In this document: piece after piece, positions 61,226 through 64,000 of the stretch
Position numbering within the stretch: position 1 is the stretch's first letter
Layout of the letters: each line of letters starts with the position of its first letter
The notes under the pieces: generated by a model
Seen by the model: only the letters and a program-made list of their open reading frames with translations
Database searches by the model: none
Told to the model about the DNA's origin: nothing
NCBI GenBank assembly: GCA_002269645.1
Contig: NIVC01000011.1
Coordinates: 1-64,000 of the forward strand
Direction: 5' to 3'
DNA from: Macrostomum lignano
Taxonomy: Eukaryota
DNA length: 64,000 nucleotides
Program-made: the position numbers and the translations under genes

Positions 61226-62029
61226 CTAGTATAGCTGCACGCCAAGATAAGCACAAACTGCAATGATTTCGCGTCGAAAGAGGCTCTCATAGGCAAAAAT
61301 GTGCATCTGCGATTTGTTTTCAACGAGAACTCGATAGATTGAACTCAATGCCTTCGATAAAAGCATTAAGTGCGCAGAATCACGCGAGCATCAGTCAGTC
61401 TTATTTTGATTTGGATTTATCAAAGAATTTCTGCTCGTAGCTGCATTGGTATATTGTGAAAAGAGTGGAATGTATTGATAACTGAGAACCTGGATAGATG
61501 GCCGGACGGATAAATGGACCCGCAAGGCAAATCAATCAGTTGGGCTAAACCTGTAGCTGAGACCGAGACTGGCCTTTGCTTCGCTCACTTTCTCCCTCTC
61601 TCTCTTATCTGTGATAAGCCTTGTTTTTGGTTGCTTCAGCTTGTGTAGTACTGTAATATAGTAAAGTAGTATATTTGTGCTGAGCTATATTAGTTGCTGG
61701 CTCATTTCATCAGCTCACACTATGCTGTAAGCGTGTAGTGTGCGAGTGTGTATATGCACTGATCAGCTTAGCCTTAATCCCTCTTTACCTAGTACGTGGT
61801 TCTCTTGTTTCTTGAAGGATAGATACTCTCACAACCTTAAATGCCCGCCTTCGTATCCATTAAGCACGCTTGCTTCTAGAGTCGTACTTGTTAATCTGTT
61901 CGTTATACTATGTGTATTATTATTTACAAGGAGACTAAAAAAATATAATATTGACACGCGGTCGACTGGAACATAGACGCTGATGTTATGAGCAGGAGAA
62001 ATCAAGAACAATATGTATAGATAAGTGAC

Positions 62030-62640
62030 AATAAAGGATAATGTGACATTGAGATAAATGACAAGGATAATGTGACATTGAGACAAGGGACAATAAAGGA
62101 TAATGTGACATTGGGACAAATGACAAGGATAATGTGACATTGAGACAAATGACAAGGATAATGTGACATTGAGACAAATGACAAGGATAATGTGACATTG
62201 AGACAAGGGACAATAAAGGATTATGTGACATTGAGACAAATGACAAGGGTGATGTGACATTGAGACAAGGGGCAATAAAGGATTATGTGACATTGAGACA
62301 AATGACAAGGGTGATGTGACATTGAGACAAGGGGCAATAAAGGATAATGTGACATTGAGACAAATGACAAGGATAATGTGACTTTAAGACAAGGGACAAT
62401 AAAGGATAATGCGACATTGAGACAAATGACAAGGATAATGTGACATTGAGACAAGGGACAATAAAGGATAATGTGACATTGAGACAAATGACAAGGATAA
62501 TGTTACATTGAGACAAGTGTCAATAAAGGATAATGTGACATTAAGGCAACGGACAATAAAGGGTAATGTGACATATTAATACAAAGTACAATAAAGGATG
62601 ATGTAACTTTAAAACAATGTACAAGAAATGATAGTGACAT
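62030..62640. repeat. Minisatellite with alternating 29- and 33-bp units
   Basis: GATAATGTGACATTGAGACAAATGACAAG and GATAATGTGACATTGAGACAAGGGACAATAAAG. Confidence 0.92.
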
Positions 62641-63049
62641 AATAACAAGGGACAACAAAGGATGTAACTTAAAGTGACGGGACAATAGGGGATACAAAGT
62701 GATTGATTCTCAGGAAAAATGAGCAAGAAATGGTTGTCAAGAATCGGCAGAGACATTTAAGACTTCAGGCATATATGCTAGTAGCTACGGTATGAAGAAA
62801 ACCCAAGCAAAAATACTGCTAACACAAAGAATACGAAATTTACGCAAAATCCGAGAAATAATTACAAAAGCGAGAGCTGGTGCGCGAAAATATAATCGAT
62901 AGTTCAAGGCAACGGGAAAGGCGGAACCCCCTGTTATGGAGTAAAAACGAAGTTTTTCATATACATACAGCTGTATAATAAAAAAAAACAAAACTCCCTC
63001 GTCCTGTGACTTGAGGAAGGCCCAGCCAGTGCTGAATAGAAAAAAAAGT

Positions 63050-63250
63050 TGATTGATGATTGGCCAAGTGTGAGATGCTTCCAAAGCAGCCTCGTTCTCT
63101 CATCCTCCTACCCTGCCATCCATCCCGTCCGCAATTGGCAGCCAGAGGCATCTATAAATAGTAGAGTTCAAGTGCGATGCATAGAGCTGACAGTTGCGAG
63201 TTAAAAAGGAGCCGAGTAGTTCCTCCTGAGATATTCTGCCAGTTGATTAT
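63050..63250 (+). promoter_or_regulatory. Candidate internal promoter: MEF2/TATA composite with E-boxes
   Basis: CTATAAATAG at 63152-63161. ATTGG at 63059. CAATTG at 63132, CAGTTG at 63191 and 63240. Confidence 0.3.
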
Positions 63251-63519
63251 TTCGAGTATTCAGATAGTTTCCTGCAGAGCGCATGCAGAGAGTTCGCGTA
63301 AAATTATAGTTAATATGTTTACTAATAAGTTTTCGTCATTTCTAACGTCGAAAATTACTCATTTCAATGGGGTGAGCTTAATTTTTACTGATTCTATGCC
63401 CTAAATAAGGGACTACTGAACGATTATACTGGTTAGTTGTCGGGATTAGTATTAGTGTAATTATCACAAAGTGCAATTCACTTCAAATCAGTCATCACAT
63501 GCATTCATCTATTAGTTCA

Positions 63520-63592
63520 TTAAACCACTATCTATCTGTCTATCTATCTATCTTTATCGTTCTATCTATATATCTATCTATCTTTATCTATC

Positions 63593-63646
<54 letters not shown>

Positions 63647-63674
63647 ATCGTTCTATCTATATATCTATCTATCT

Positions 63675-63714
<40 letters not shown>

Positions 63715-63721
63715 ATCTATC

Positions 63722-63765
<44 letters not shown>

Positions 63766-63820
63766 GTCTATCTATCTATCTTTATCGTTCTATCTATATA
63801 TCTATCTATCTTTATCTATC

Positions 63821-63870
<50 letters not shown>

Positions 63871-63898
63871 ATCGTTCTATCTATATATCTATCTATCT

Positions 63899-63938
<40 letters not shown>

Positions 63939-64000
63939 ATCTATCATCTATCTATCTATCTATCTATCTATCTTTATCGTTCTATCTATATATCTATCTA
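63520..64000. repeat. (TCTA)n microsatellite
   Basis: Direct reading; runs to the window end. Confidence 0.95.

Overview
This is eukaryotic (metazoan) genomic DNA with GT-AG introns, rich in minisatellites and non-autonomous transposons. The repeat landscape and poly-Q/poly-A-laden exons suggest a Macrostomum-like free-living flatworm, but that is inference only. (1) 1-13.2 kb: the 3' part of a plus-strand RNF213/mysterin-like giant AAA+ gene, almost all in one ~10.9-kb exon. Both catalytic AAA cassettes are intact. I see no RING finger, and the RZ finger is degenerate. Several frame breaks cluster in the first 1.6 kb. (2) 13-31.7 kb: intergenic DNA with MITEs and non-autonomous DNA transposons carrying 8-bp TSDs (one with a decayed PHD finger, one whose interior has expanded into a minisatellite), a hAT transposase relic and minisatellites. 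(3) ~29.7/32.0 kb to beyond the window end: a plus-strand dystrophin/utrophin ortholog. Fourteen in-phase coding exons could be reconstructed (CH1-CH2 plus spectrin repeats), and their length is colinear with human DMD exons 2-34. (4) Nested antisense in one dystrophin intron is a two-exon gene for a type-I membrane C-type-lectin-like protein with one in-frame TAA. The introns also carry tRNA-derived SINEs (one with a CORE/MIR-like domain) and intron-specific minisatellites. All homology statements come from recalled motifs, not from searches.
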